64,000 nucleotides of DNA from Bacilli bacterium (GCA_017460745.1 JAFUAL010000052.1:2749-66748), one strand, 5' to 3'; counted from the stretch's first letter, positions 47,831 to 57,398 are shown. Notes: generated by a model from the letters alone, not told the origin. Program-made: numbers and translations.

Positions 47831-49029
47831 TGGACTTTTTTGGAGTAGTACTTGGTGGAGATATGAATACTTATGGTGTTGCTAGGGCATTTTATGAAGA
47901 ATATCATAAGAAGACAGTTGTTATAGGCAAGCATCCTTTATATCCAACAAGTCATAGTAAAATTATAGAAGGATATTATTATGATACAATCTTAGAAGAT
48001 GATACTTTAGTTAAAGCCTTAACAGATTTAGAGAAGAAATATCCTAAAACTAAAAAAATTCTCTTTGGAAATACAGATTTTTATGTTGAGCATATTATGA
48101 AAAATAGAGAAAAAATTGAAAAAATTAGTAATAACTATATAATACCAATGGTAAACTTTGAAATGTTTAAAGAGTTATTTTGTAAAGAAACATTTTATAA
48201 ATTATGTGAAAAATATGGATTAAATTATCCTAAATATCAAATATATGATTTTAAAAAAGATAGTTTAGAAAAGTATAAAATCGATTTTGAATATCCTATT
48301 TTTATAAAACCAGCAGATACTGTTGTTTATTCAGAATTTAATTTTGATGGTAAACAAAAAGGATATAAAATAGAAAATGAGAAAAATTTTAAAGAAGTTA
48401 TAGAAAAAATAAAAAAAAGTGGTTTTAAAGATAAATTTATCGTTCAAGAATATATTGAAGGTAACGATGAATCAATGTATGTGTTTACTGCCTATGTTTC
48501 AAAAAATCATAAAGTAAAAGTTATTAGTGCAGGGCGTATATTAATGCATGATCGAACTCCAGAATTAATAGGGAATTATTCAGCAATCACAAATGCATAT
48601 GAAAAAGAACTTAGTTTTCAAATAAAAGATTTTCTTGAAAAAATAAAATTTACTGGTATTTGTCATTTTGATGTTCAATATGACATTAATAGAAAAAAGT
48701 TTTATGTTTTTGAAATGAATATTAGACAAGGAAGAAGTAATTTTTACACATATGCCAGTGGTGCTAATTTAATGTCTCAAATAGTAGATGATTATATCTA
48801 TAACAAAGATGATAAGTTTTATATTGCCAATAATAAATTTACTGTTAGTATTATACCTAAATTTTTATTAAAATATTGTTTAAAGAAAAATAATCAAAAT
48901 CCACAATTTGGTAAGTTTTATAGATTTGCTTTGGCGAGTTATGATAGAAATGTATTTAGGTATGTGTATCAAATGATATGGGATTATCGTATATTAAAGG
49001 GATTTTTTAAATATAATAAAAAAAGATAA
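47830..49029 (+). CDS. ATP-grasp carboxylate-amine ligase, D-aspartate-ligase (Asl)-like, paralogue 2
   Basis: YPIFIKPAD, IVQEYIEGND and VFEMNIRQGRS. It is 399 aa. Its start overlaps the Fem stop (TAATG). Confidence 0.7.
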   Translation: MDFFGVVLGGDMNTYGVARAFYEEYHKKTVVIGKHPLYPTSHSKIIEGYYYDTILEDDTLVKALTDLEKKYPKTKKILFGNTDFYVEHIMKNREKIEKISNNYIIPMVNFEMFKELFCKETFYKLCEKYGLNYPKYQIYDFKKDSLEKYKIDFEYPIFIKPADTVVYSEFNFDGKQKGYKIENEKNFKEVIEKIKKSGFKDKFIVQEYIEGNDESMYVFTAYVSKNHKVKVISAGRILMHDRTPELIGNYSAITNAYEKELSFQIKDFLEKIKFTGICHFDVQYDINRKKFYVFEMNIRQGRSNFYTYASGANLMSQIVDDYIYNKDDKFYIANNKFTVSIIPKFLLKYCLKKNNQNPQFGKFYRFALASYDRNVFRYVYQMIWDYRILKGFFKYNKKR

Positions 49030-49095
49030 AATTTATATTTTATTTTGCATTCTAAGAAAAATATGATATAATTTTTTTGATAAAGTAGGTGAGAT

Positions 49096-50304
49096 ATGAA
49101 AAAATATGTCAAGATAATATTTACTTTTGTAATGCTCTTTTTTTTGATTGGAATAGATTATGTAGATGCTAAGACTCTTAGAGATTTAAAAAATGAACTT
49201 GCAGCAATTAAAGAAAAAAAATCTCAAAATGATTCTCAAAAGGCATTGACTCAAGGTGAAATAAATTCTGTTAATTCTAATATAAAAAATATTAGAAATA
49301 AAATAACCGATAGTGAAAATACTATAAAGAAATTAACAAACGAGATTCAAGAATTAAATGATAGTATTCAGCAAAAAGAAATAGAAATAAAAGAAATAAT
49401 TCATTTTTTACAGGTATCAAATGGAGAAAATGCCTATTTAGAATATATATTTGGTTCTAAGGATATAACAGATTTTATATATAGAAGTGCTGTTAGTGGT
49501 CAATTGGTATCGTATAATGATTCTTTGATAAATGAATACAATGATAATATTGAAAAAAACAAGAACAAACAAATTGAATTAAAACAAGAAATGGAAACTT
49601 TAACAGTTAAACAAAAAGATTTAGAAACTGAATTATCCAAACTTGGGCAAGAAATGGCAGATTTGGATAGTATTTCGGTTGATATTGATGCTGAAATAAA
49701 GGCTCAAGAAAAAGTTATTGATTATTATGAAAAAACACTTGAGTGTAAGTTAGATGATAATATAAATAATTGTGGTAAGGTGCCTTATTCCGGTAAATTT
49801 GTAAGACCTATTCAAAATGGTAGAATTACCAGTCCATTTGGTTCCCGTTGTTATTGGAATCAAACTCAAGGAAGAAATGTTTGTACATATCATTATGGTA
49901 TTGATATAGCTGGTGGAGATACTCAGGTTTATGCGGCAGCTCCAGGAACAGTTGCAAATATTTTATGGTATCAAAGTTGTGGTGGTAATATGTTGTTTGT
50001 TAATCATAATGTTGGAGGAGTATACTACACAACTGGTTACTATCATTTGAAATCAATTAATGTAAAAATTGGTGATTATGTTGATCAAAATACAGTTATT
50101 GCCATTACAGGAGGAGATTCATCTACTTGGGGATATGATAAATGTTCAACTGGACGTCACTTACATTTTGCTGTTGCAACTGGATTATATATGAAAGATT
50201 ATATATCATGGTCTACGTATCAATCAAGAAATATAAATCCAATAACTGTTGTAAATTTTCCTGCATATGGAATATGGTTTTCAAATAGAGTTACTAAATA
50301 TTAG
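49096..50304 (+). CDS. secreted coiled-coil M23 peptidoglycan endopeptidase (EnvC/PcsB-like architecture)
   Basis: Signal peptide, then about 190 aa of heptad-rich coiled coil. M23 motifs HYGIDIAG and GRHLHFAV. Confidence 0.85.
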   Translation: MKKYVKIIFTFVMLFFLIGIDYVDAKTLRDLKNELAAIKEKKSQNDSQKALTQGEINSVNSNIKNIRNKITDSENTIKKLTNEIQELNDSIQQKEIEIKEIIHFLQVSNGENAYLEYIFGSKDITDFIYRSAVSGQLVSYNDSLINEYNDNIEKNKNKQIELKQEMETLTVKQKDLETELSKLGQEMADLDSISVDIDAEIKAQEKVIDYYEKTLECKLDDNINNCGKVPYSGKFVRPIQNGRITSPFGSRCYWNQTQGRNVCTYHYGIDIAGGDTQVYAAAPGTVANILWYQSCGGNMLFVNHNVGGVYYTTGYYHLKSINVKIGDYVDQNTVIAITGGDSSTWGYDKCSTGRHLHFAVATGLYMKDYISWSTYQSRNINPITVVNFPAYGIWFSNRVTKY

Positions 50305-50372
50305 TAATTCTTTTTTATATAATTTGACAAATTTTTATAATTTGATAATATATAATTATACTAGAGGTTAAT

Positions 50373-51671
50373 ATGGAAATAATAAATAATTTTTTATGGA
50401 GTATATGTTTAGTATTATTAATAGTATCAGGTATTTATTTTTCATTTAAATTAAAATTTTTACATTTAAATTTTGTTCATATTTTTAAAAGTTTAAAGGG
50501 AAAGAGTGATAAAAGCGGAATATCTCCTTTTGAATCACTTATGATATCACTTGGAGGTTGTATTGGAGTAGGGTCTTTGGCCGGGATTGCCCTTGCAATT
50601 TTTAAAGGAGGAGTAGGTACTATATTTTGGATATTACTATCTTCTTTAATAATTGCTCCTATTTCCATTGTTGAAAATAGTCTAGCATCAATTTATCGTG
50701 AAAAAACAGCATCTGGTTATGTTGGTGGACCAGCTTATTATATAAAACGTGGACTAGGTTTTAAAAAAATAGCTCTTTTGTATGCTATTATTGTATCAAT
50801 TGCTTATTTATTTGGATTTTTAACAATTCAATCAAATACAATTGCTAGATCTATTACTGCTTTTTTTGATGTACCAAGTATTCTTTTAGGTATAATAATT
50901 GGAATATTATCTTTTATAATAATAAAAAAAGGATTAAAGGGGATTGCTAATTTTTCTAAGGTTTTTGTTCCTTTAATGGCCTTCATTTATGTTGGGGTAA
51001 CTTTATTTATAATATTAAAAAATATAAATTTAATTCCAAGTATATTTAGTACAATATTGAAAGAAGCCTTTAATCCGTCCTCTTTTAAATACGGAATTCT
51101 TTCATCAATTATAATAGGCCTTGAAAGAGGAATATTTGCAAGTGAAGTTGGAACAGGTACAAGTGCTATAGCAAGTGGTTCAAGTAATTTAAAAAATCCA
51201 ATTAAACAAGGTTTAGTTGGGGTTGTTGGGGTTTATTTCACGACATTTGTTATTTGTTTAGGAACGGCTTTGATTATTTTAACTAGTAATTATTCTCCAG
51301 ATAATTATTTAGTAGTAAATGGAATAGAAATAACTCTTAATGCTATGATTTATCATTTAGGACTTTTTGGAAATCTTGTTTTATATTTTAGTTTAATTGC
51401 TTTTTCTTTTTCTACAATTATATCAGGATATTTTTATGTTGAATCGAATTTAAAATTTATTTTTCCTAAACTATCTGATAATAAACTTTTAATATTAAAA
51501 TTATTTACTTGTTTTTTACTTGGAATTGCACCTATTATTAGACCTGATTTTATTTGGAATATAAGTGATTTATTGGTTGCTCTTTTAATTATTATTAATG
51601 TAAACTGTTTATTAAATTTAAAAAATGATGTTATAATGGAACAAGAAGTAGGTGTATATGATGACAAATGA
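50373..51671 (+). CDS. alanine/glycine:cation symporter (AGCS family)
   Basis: GISPFESLMISLGGCIGVGSLAGIALAI..GG.G.IFW and GGPAYYIKRGLG, with about 10-11 TM helices. Confidence 0.85.
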   Translation: MEIINNFLWSICLVLLIVSGIYFSFKLKFLHLNFVHIFKSLKGKSDKSGISPFESLMISLGGCIGVGSLAGIALAIFKGGVGTIFWILLSSLIIAPISIVENSLASIYREKTASGYVGGPAYYIKRGLGFKKIALLYAIIVSIAYLFGFLTIQSNTIARSITAFFDVPSILLGIIIGILSFIIIKKGLKGIANFSKVFVPLMAFIYVGVTLFIILKNINLIPSIFSTILKEAFNPSSFKYGILSSIIIGLERGIFASEVGTGTSAIASGSSNLKNPIKQGLVGVVGVYFTTFVICLGTALIILTSNYSPDNYLVVNGIEITLNAMIYHLGLFGNLVLYFSLIAFSFSTIISGYFYVESNLKFIFPKLSDNKLLILKLFTCFLLGIAPIIRPDFIWNISDLLVALLIIINVNCLLNLKNDVIMEQEVGVYDDK

Positions 51672-52347
51672 AGAAATAAAGATGATTGGAAACGATTGGG
51701 ATGAAGTTTTACAAGATGAATTTCATAAAGAATATTTTTATAAATTGTTAAAGTTTGTTCAAAGAGAATACAAAAGAACTACTATTTTTCCACCTAAAAG
51801 TGAAGTGTTTAAAGCTTTTCGTTATACGCCGTATAAAGATTTAAAAGTAGTTATTCTTGGACAGGATCCATATCATGGATTGGGTGAGGCTGAAGGACTT
51901 AGTTTTTCAGTAAAAAGTGGAATTAGAAAACCTCCATCACTTAATAATATTTTTAAGGAATTACATGATGATTTAGGATGTAGTATTCCAGAAAGTGGTT
52001 CTTTAGTTCCTTGGGCTAAAGAAGGAGTACTACTATTAAATGCGGTTTTAACTGTTATAAAAGACCATGCTGCAAGTCATAAAGACATAGGTTGGGAAAC
52101 TTTTACAGATGCAGTTATTAAAAAAATAAATGAAAAAGATACTCCGGTTGTTTTTATATTATGGGGAAGTTTTGCACGTAGTAAGAAGAAATTAATTACA
52201 AATCCCAAACATTTTGTGGTAGAATCTGCTCATCCATCACCTTTATCTGCTTATAATGGGTTCTTTGGTTCACGGCCATTTTCTAAAACAAATAATTTTT
52301 TAATTAAAAATAATTTAAAACCAATTAATTGGGAAATTAAAGAGTAA
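51661..52347 (+). CDS. ung: uracil-DNA glycosylase
   Basis: ILGQDPYHG, GVLLLNAVLTV and AHPSPLSA. RBS TAGGTG lies 6 nt before ATG 51661. The ORF track starts at GTG 51652. Confidence 0.93.
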   Translation: MTNEEIKMIGNDWDEVLQDEFHKEYFYKLLKFVQREYKRTTIFPPKSEVFKAFRYTPYKDLKVVILGQDPYHGLGEAEGLSFSVKSGIRKPPSLNNIFKELHDDLGCSIPESGSLVPWAKEGVLLLNAVLTVIKDHAASHKDIGWETFTDAVIKKINEKDTPVVFILWGSFARSKKKLITNPKHFVVESAHPSPLSAYNGFFGSRPFSKTNNFLIKNNLKPINWEIKE

Positions 52348-52480
52348 TTTACATATTCTCTTTATTTTTTTATATAAAAAGAATTCAAATGAATGCATAG
52401 AATATTAAAATAAATTATTTGTCGATTGATTAAATTTATAAAAATTTATAATATTCATATAGTATATATGGAGGAATTAT

Positions 52481-54775
52481 ATGCAAGAAAAGTTTTCAGA
52501 AGAAGCAAGAAAAATATTAAAAAATGCCAAACATGAAATGCAAGAATTAAAACATCCTTTTGTAGGAAGTGAACATTTAATACTTAGTATTTTAAGTTTT
52601 AAAGATTTAAGTATAACATCTAAATTAAATGATTATTCAATTACTTATGATAAATTTAAAAAAGAACTTATAGATATAATTGGAATAGGAGTTAGTAAGA
52701 ATTCTTATTTTATATATACCCCTCTTTTAAAAAGAGTTATAGAAAATGCAATTATAGATACTAAAGAAGAGGGGATTGGAGAAGTTAGTCCAACTGCTTT
52801 GTTCTTTGCAATCCTTGAAGAAGGTGAAGGGGTTGGAATTAGAATACTTACTAATCTAGGAGTTAATATAGATGAATTATACAAAGAAATTGATATAAGA
52901 GAAGAAGGTAAATTTAGAAAAAGCAAAGGTAAGAAAAAATTATCTATATATGAAAATAGTATTGATTTAGTAGAACGTGCAAGAAATGGTAAGATTGATC
53001 CAGTTATAGGTCGAGATTATGAGACAAATAGATTAATTGAAATATTACTAAGAAAGAATAAAAATAATCCTTTATTACTTGGAGAAGCAGGAGTAGGAAA
53101 AACAGCAATAGTAGAGAATTTAGCTTTAAGAATTGCACATGGTGATGTTCCAGATGAATTACTTAACAAAAAATTACTTTCAATTTCTATGGCTAGTTTA
53201 GTAGCTGGAACGAAATATAGAGGTGAATTTGAAGAAAAAATTGAAAAAATAGTTAAAGAAATAGAGGAAAGTCCAGATATTATAGTTTTTATAGATGAGA
53301 TACATTCTATAGTTGGAGCAGGTGGAGCTGAAGGAGCTATTGATGCTGCTAATATTTTAAAACCAGCTTTAGCTCGTGGTAAATTTAGACTAATTGGAGC
53401 AACTACCATTAAAGAATATAAAGATACAATAGAAAAAGATAAAGCTTTAAGTAGAAGATTACAACCAATTAATGTATTAGAACCAGATATTGAAGAAACC
53501 AAAAATATTTTAAAAAAGATTAAACCAATATATGAAGAATATCATTCAGTAATAATAGATGACATGGTAATAGATGCAATTGTTAATTTAAGTAATAAAT
53601 ATCTTTTTAATAGAAAGAATCCTGATAAATCAATAGATATACTAGATGAAGTATGTACAAAGTGCTCTTTAGTAAAAGATAAAAATACTTTAAAAATGGA
53701 AGAATTAAATAATAAATTAAAAGTAATAACAAAGAATAAAAATAAAAGTATAGTAAGTGGAGATTTTAAAACAGCTTCCAAATTAAAAGAAGAAGAATTA
53801 ACTATTCAAGATACTTTAAATACATTAAAATTAAATAATAATGTTAAAAAAAATGTAACTATAAATGATGTTAGAGTTGTTGTTAAAGATAAATCGAATG
53901 TTCCTGTTTTTGAACTTGATAAAGATATTATGAAAAGTATTAAAAAGTTAGAACGTGATTTAAAAAATAAAATAATAGGACAGGATGATGCTATTAAAAA
54001 GTTAATAAATGAAACTACTAAGTTAAAACTTGGATTAAAGCAAGAAAATATGCCAATATCGTTTTTATTTACTGGAAAAAGTGGAGTAGGTAAAACAGAA
54101 CTTGTTAAAACTTATGCTAATTTATTAAATATGAATTTAATAAGAATTGATGCTTCAGAGTATAATGAACAACATGCAATAAGTAAAATAATAGGTTCTC
54201 CACCAGGCTATGTCGGATACTCAGATATAAGCATATTAGATGAAGTAAAACATAATCCTTATTCAGTTATATTAATTGATGAAATAGATAAGTCTTGTAG
54301 TAGTTTTATAAATTTATTTTTGCAAATATTAGATGAAGGATTTATAACCAGTTCTAATTTAGAAAAAGTATATTTTAATCATTCAATTATTATTATGACT
54401 TGTAATAAATCATATAATGTAAGTTCTATAGGATTCAATGATAATAAGGAAGCATTTGTTAAAAATAATTTACAAGAAAATTTCAGTTTAGAATTTTTAA
54501 ATAGAATTGGTTGTATAATAAATTTCAATGATTTAACAAAATTAGATGTTAAAAAAATAGTTGAAAAGGAAGTAAGTGAAATTATTAATAAATTTAAAAA
54601 TCAAGGAATTGATTTGAAAATACAAAAATCGGTCGTAAATGAAATTGTTAGTATGTCAAATTATAAGGAATGTGGAGCTCGTATGATAAAAAAATTAATT
54701 GAAGATAAAATAGATAATATTGTTATAGAAAATATTATAAACGGTAAAAAAGAAATAGAGATTTGTAATATATAA
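52481..54775 (+). CDS. clpC: ClpC-like Hsp100 ATPase (Clp_N, D1, UVR-like linker, D2)
   Basis: Two Clp_N repeats (FVGSEHLILSIL and VSPTALFFAILEE). D1 has [15 protein letters not shown] and VFIDEIH. The UVR-like linker is SGDFKTASKLKEEEL. D2 has GKSGVGKTE and ILIDEIDK. An IGF ClpP-docking tripeptide (SSIGFND) is present. Confidence 0.85.
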   Translation: MQEKFSEEARKILKNAKHEMQELKHPFVGSEHLILSILSFKDLSITSKLNDYSITYDKFKKELIDIIGIGVSKNSYFIYTPLLKRVIENAIIDTKEEGIGEVSPTALFFAILEEGEGVGIRILTNLGVNIDELYKEIDIREEGKFRKSKGKKKLSIYENSIDLVERARNGKIDPVIGRDYETNRLIEILLRKNKNNPLLLGEAGVGKTAIVENLALRIAHGDVPDELLNKKLLSISMASLVAGTKYRGEFEEKIEKIVKEIEESPDIIVFIDEIHSIVGAGGAEGAIDAANILKPALARGKFRLIGATTIKEYKDTIEKDKALSRRLQPINVLEPDIEETKNILKKIKPIYEEYHSVIIDDMVIDAIVNLSNKYLFNRKNPDKSIDILDEVCTKCSLVKDKNTLKMEELNNKLKVITKNKNKSIVSGDFKTASKLKEEELTIQDTLNTLKLNNNVKKNVTINDVRVVVKDKSNVPVFELDKDIMKSIKKLERDLKNKIIGQDDAIKKLINETTKLKLGLKQENMPISFLFTGKSGVGKTELVKTYANLLNMNLIRIDASEYNEQHAISKIIGSPPGYVGYSDISILDEVKHNPYSVILIDEIDKSCSSFINLFLQILDEGFITSSNLEKVYFNHSIIIMTCNKSYNVSSIGFNDNKEAFVKNNLQENFSLEFLNRIGCIINFNDLTKLDVKKIVEKEVSEIINKFKNQGIDLKIQKSVVNEIVSMSNYKECGARMIKKLIEDKIDNIVIENIINGKKEIEICNI

Positions 54776-54835
54776 CTCAAAATATTAATTAAATAATTTC
54801 TTTACATAAATCTTTTTTAATGATATTATATTGTT

Positions 54836-55591
54836 GTGATTAATATGATAGAGAATTTAATAAAAGGGTATAATGGTGAAGAAAATAATGTTTTGAATAC
54901 TTATATTGAAGGTTTGGACTTAAATGGTTTGGTAAACTTTTATTTAAAGTGTTCTAATCATTTGCTTTTTCAAAAATATAGTAATTCAATGAATGATATT
55001 TTAACTTCTATTTATAATAAGATAATGAAAAAATTACCTGAAACATCTTTATTAGAAGTTATGGATGTATATTTTAATATTTTTACAGAATCTCTTTACG
55101 TTGAAGATTCAATAGAAGCAAATCAAAACATTATTAATGTTAGAAATTATAATTTAAATGATGACTTTTTTATAGAGTATGAATCAAAAAGACGTAAGAT
55201 GAGTAAAGATGAATTTATTGAAAACTATAGTAAAAGTATGGAATATTATGAAGAAGATAAATTATATTTAAAAAGTGTCTTTGATTATTTAGATAAGTTG
55301 CAATTAAATGTATTAGAATACTTAAACAAAATGCTACATAATTTAACAGACACTGAAAGACATCTTTATTTAATTAAAATAAATGAAATAATAGAAGATA
55401 ATTCTTTAGAAATTATAAAGAGAAATGAAATAAGAAAGAATAAAAGAATAATTGATATTCAAAGTAAAATGAGAGATATTTCAACAATTGAAGTATTTAA
55501 TATGTTAGATACAACTTCTTTGAAAAATAAAATTTATATTTATAGTAGTTTTCAAGCAGTTTTAAAAGATAAAGAAAATAAAAAAATATAG
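54836..55591 (+). CDS. hypothetical protein (251 aa)
   Basis: ORF with composition typical of this genome. No recognisable motif. The start is uncertain (GTG 54836 or ATG 54845). Confidence 0.45.
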   Translation: MINMIENLIKGYNGEENNVLNTYIEGLDLNGLVNFYLKCSNHLLFQKYSNSMNDILTSIYNKIMKKLPETSLLEVMDVYFNIFTESLYVEDSIEANQNIINVRNYNLNDDFFIEYESKRRKMSKDEFIENYSKSMEYYEEDKLYLKSVFDYLDKLQLNVLEYLNKMLHNLTDTERHLYLIKINEIIEDNSLEIIKRNEIRKNKRIIDIQSKMRDISTIEVFNMLDTTSLKNKIYIYSSFQAVLKDKENKKI

Positions 55592-55615
55592 GAAATCCTA
55601 TATTTTTTTGTTTTA

Positions 55616-55996
55616 TTATTTCTTTCTTTCTTCTTTATTTAAATATAAAGTTGCAAAAATATTTAATACTAACATAAAAATTAATAAAATGAAATTGTTA
55701 CGATAATATATTTTATTATTTATAATATCTAATTTTGTACTTATAAATGCCATATATGACATAACAAATGTATAAATATATAAACCAATATTTAACATGT
55801 TATATGATAGTGTATTAATGAATATTTCTTTTTTGGATAGTATTGATAGTATAACAAGTATAGAGTATATTATACTTAGAATAAAGTGAATAGTTCCAAG
55901 TATGTTTATTGTTAAAACTTTATCTATCAGTAAAAACATGCATACTAGATATATAATGAAAAGAATTATTTTTATGTAGTATATTATTTTTGTCAT
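55616..55996 (-). CDS. small 4-TM membrane protein, translationally coupled to the upstream AAA+ gene
   Basis: Four hydrophobic helices. Its ATG overlaps the stop of the 55993-57294 gene by 4 nt. Confidence 0.55.
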   Translation of the reverse strand: MTKIIYYIKIILFIIYLVCMFLLIDKVLTINILGTIHFILSIIYSILVILSILSKKEIFINTLSYNMLNIGLYIYTFVMSYMAFISTKLDIINNKIYYRNNFILLIFMLVLNIFATLYLNKEERKK

Positions 55997-57294
55997 AGTT
56001 CTCCTTTAAGTATTTGTTTGGTTTCCATTAAGTAAACATCACGAAAGTCTTTGTTGAATTTAACAAGTTCTTTTTTTATTACATCAGGATATATTAGCTT
56101 TGTTGTTTTTATAGCTTTTCTAATATCACGAATGTTTACTTCGCTTCGATTATCAAATGATGCATATGAAAAAGCAGATTGAAGTATTGTAAGTGCAATA
56201 TCAGGATATCTAACAGATGTTTCATATACTCTTTTGAATTCACTTGTTGCATCAGTTATAAAAGCCATGATTTTTTCTTTAATAAAATCACTGTATTTTA
56301 AAGTAAGTCCCATTTTTTTCTCAAACTTAGGATAAGTACCCATCATTATTTCTATAACCATTTCACGAGTTGGTTCGGATACTTCGATTTTTTGAAATCT
56401 TCTAACAAAGGCTTTATCACGAAGAATATATCTATCATATTCATCACTTGTTGTTGCACCTATTAATTTTACAGTACCTCTATCAATAACTGGTTTAAAA
56501 ATATTAGCAAAATCTAATGTATTTTCTCCATTACCAATTAAAGTGTGAATTTCATCGATAAATACCATTACTTTATTTAAATTTCTCAAATTATCAACAA
56601 TTTTTTGAATCTTTAATTCATGTGTTACTGGATCAACGCCTGTAAGACTTGCTGTATTAAGTTTAAAAATAGTATATCCTTTTAAGGCGTCAGGAACGTC
56701 ATCATTTTTAATTCTATAACCAAGTCCTTCAACAATAGCAGTTTTACCAATACCAGGTTTACCAACTAGAATACCAGACTTTTCAGGGGTAAGTAATGTA
56801 ACAATTAATTCTCCAATTTCTTTATCACGACCAATTGCTGGATTAGTTAAATATTCTTTTGTACTGAAGTTTTCTCCATATTGTTCAAGTAAACTAAAAT
56901 CATTTACTAAAGAAGAGTTATTTAACTTAGTATTTACGTCATCACTTATACTGAATTCTACTTCTTTTTGTGGTTCAATATCCATTGTTTCTATTTCATC
57001 ATCGTCTACTACTTCTTCTTCAATCATTTCTACTTCGTCATCTAAATTTTCATCTAAATCTAGCTCTTCTGAATCATTAGAATTAGATTGTTCTAATTTT
57101 CTACTTGATTCTTCTATTTTACTAATTAATTCATCAATATTACTTGGTTTATCATCTTCAATTAATTCAATTTCATCATTATTTTTAAGATTAACGTTGT
57201 GATTTAAATAGTTATCACTTTCATCCACTATTAAATTATTATTATTTTTTTGATTCTCTGTATCATTTATGTCTAAAATTTCAAATGAATCCAT
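55993..57294 (-). CDS. single-ring Clp/Hsp100 D1-type AAA+ ATPase with a long acidic N-terminal region
   Basis: NPAIGRDKEIGELIVTLL, Walker [19 protein letters not shown], Walker B VMVFIDEIHTLIG, IGATTSDEY and FVRRFQKIEVSEPT. The first ~140 aa are extremely Asp/Glu/Asn-rich. There is no Clp_N, M-domain or D2. Confidence 0.8.
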   Translation of the reverse strand: MDSFEILDINDTENQKNNNNLIVDESDNYLNHNVNLKNNDEIELIEDDKPSNIDELISKIEESSRKLEQSNSNDSEELDLDENLDDEVEMIEEEVVDDDEIETMDIEPQKEVEFSISDDVNTKLNNSSLVNDFSLLEQYGENFSTKEYLTNPAIGRDKEIGELIVTLLTPEKSGILVGKPGIGKTAIVEGLGYRIKNDDVPDALKGYTIFKLNTASLTGVDPVTHELKIQKIVDNLRNLNKVMVFIDEIHTLIGNGENTLDFANIFKPVIDRGTVKLIGATTSDEYDRYILRDKAFVRRFQKIEVSEPTREMVIEIMMGTYPKFEKKMGLTLKYSDFIKEKIMAFITDATSEFKRVYETSVRYPDIALTILQSAFSYASFDNRSEVNIRDIRKAIKTTKLIYPDVIKKELVKFNKDFRDVYLMETKQILKGEL

Positions 57295-57398
57295 TAGAAA
57301 GCCACCACCTTTTATTTATATCATTATAACATGAATATTTAAAAAAATATAGATAAAATCAAAAATAAAATTAAGTTATTGCTTAATTTGATAAAAAT

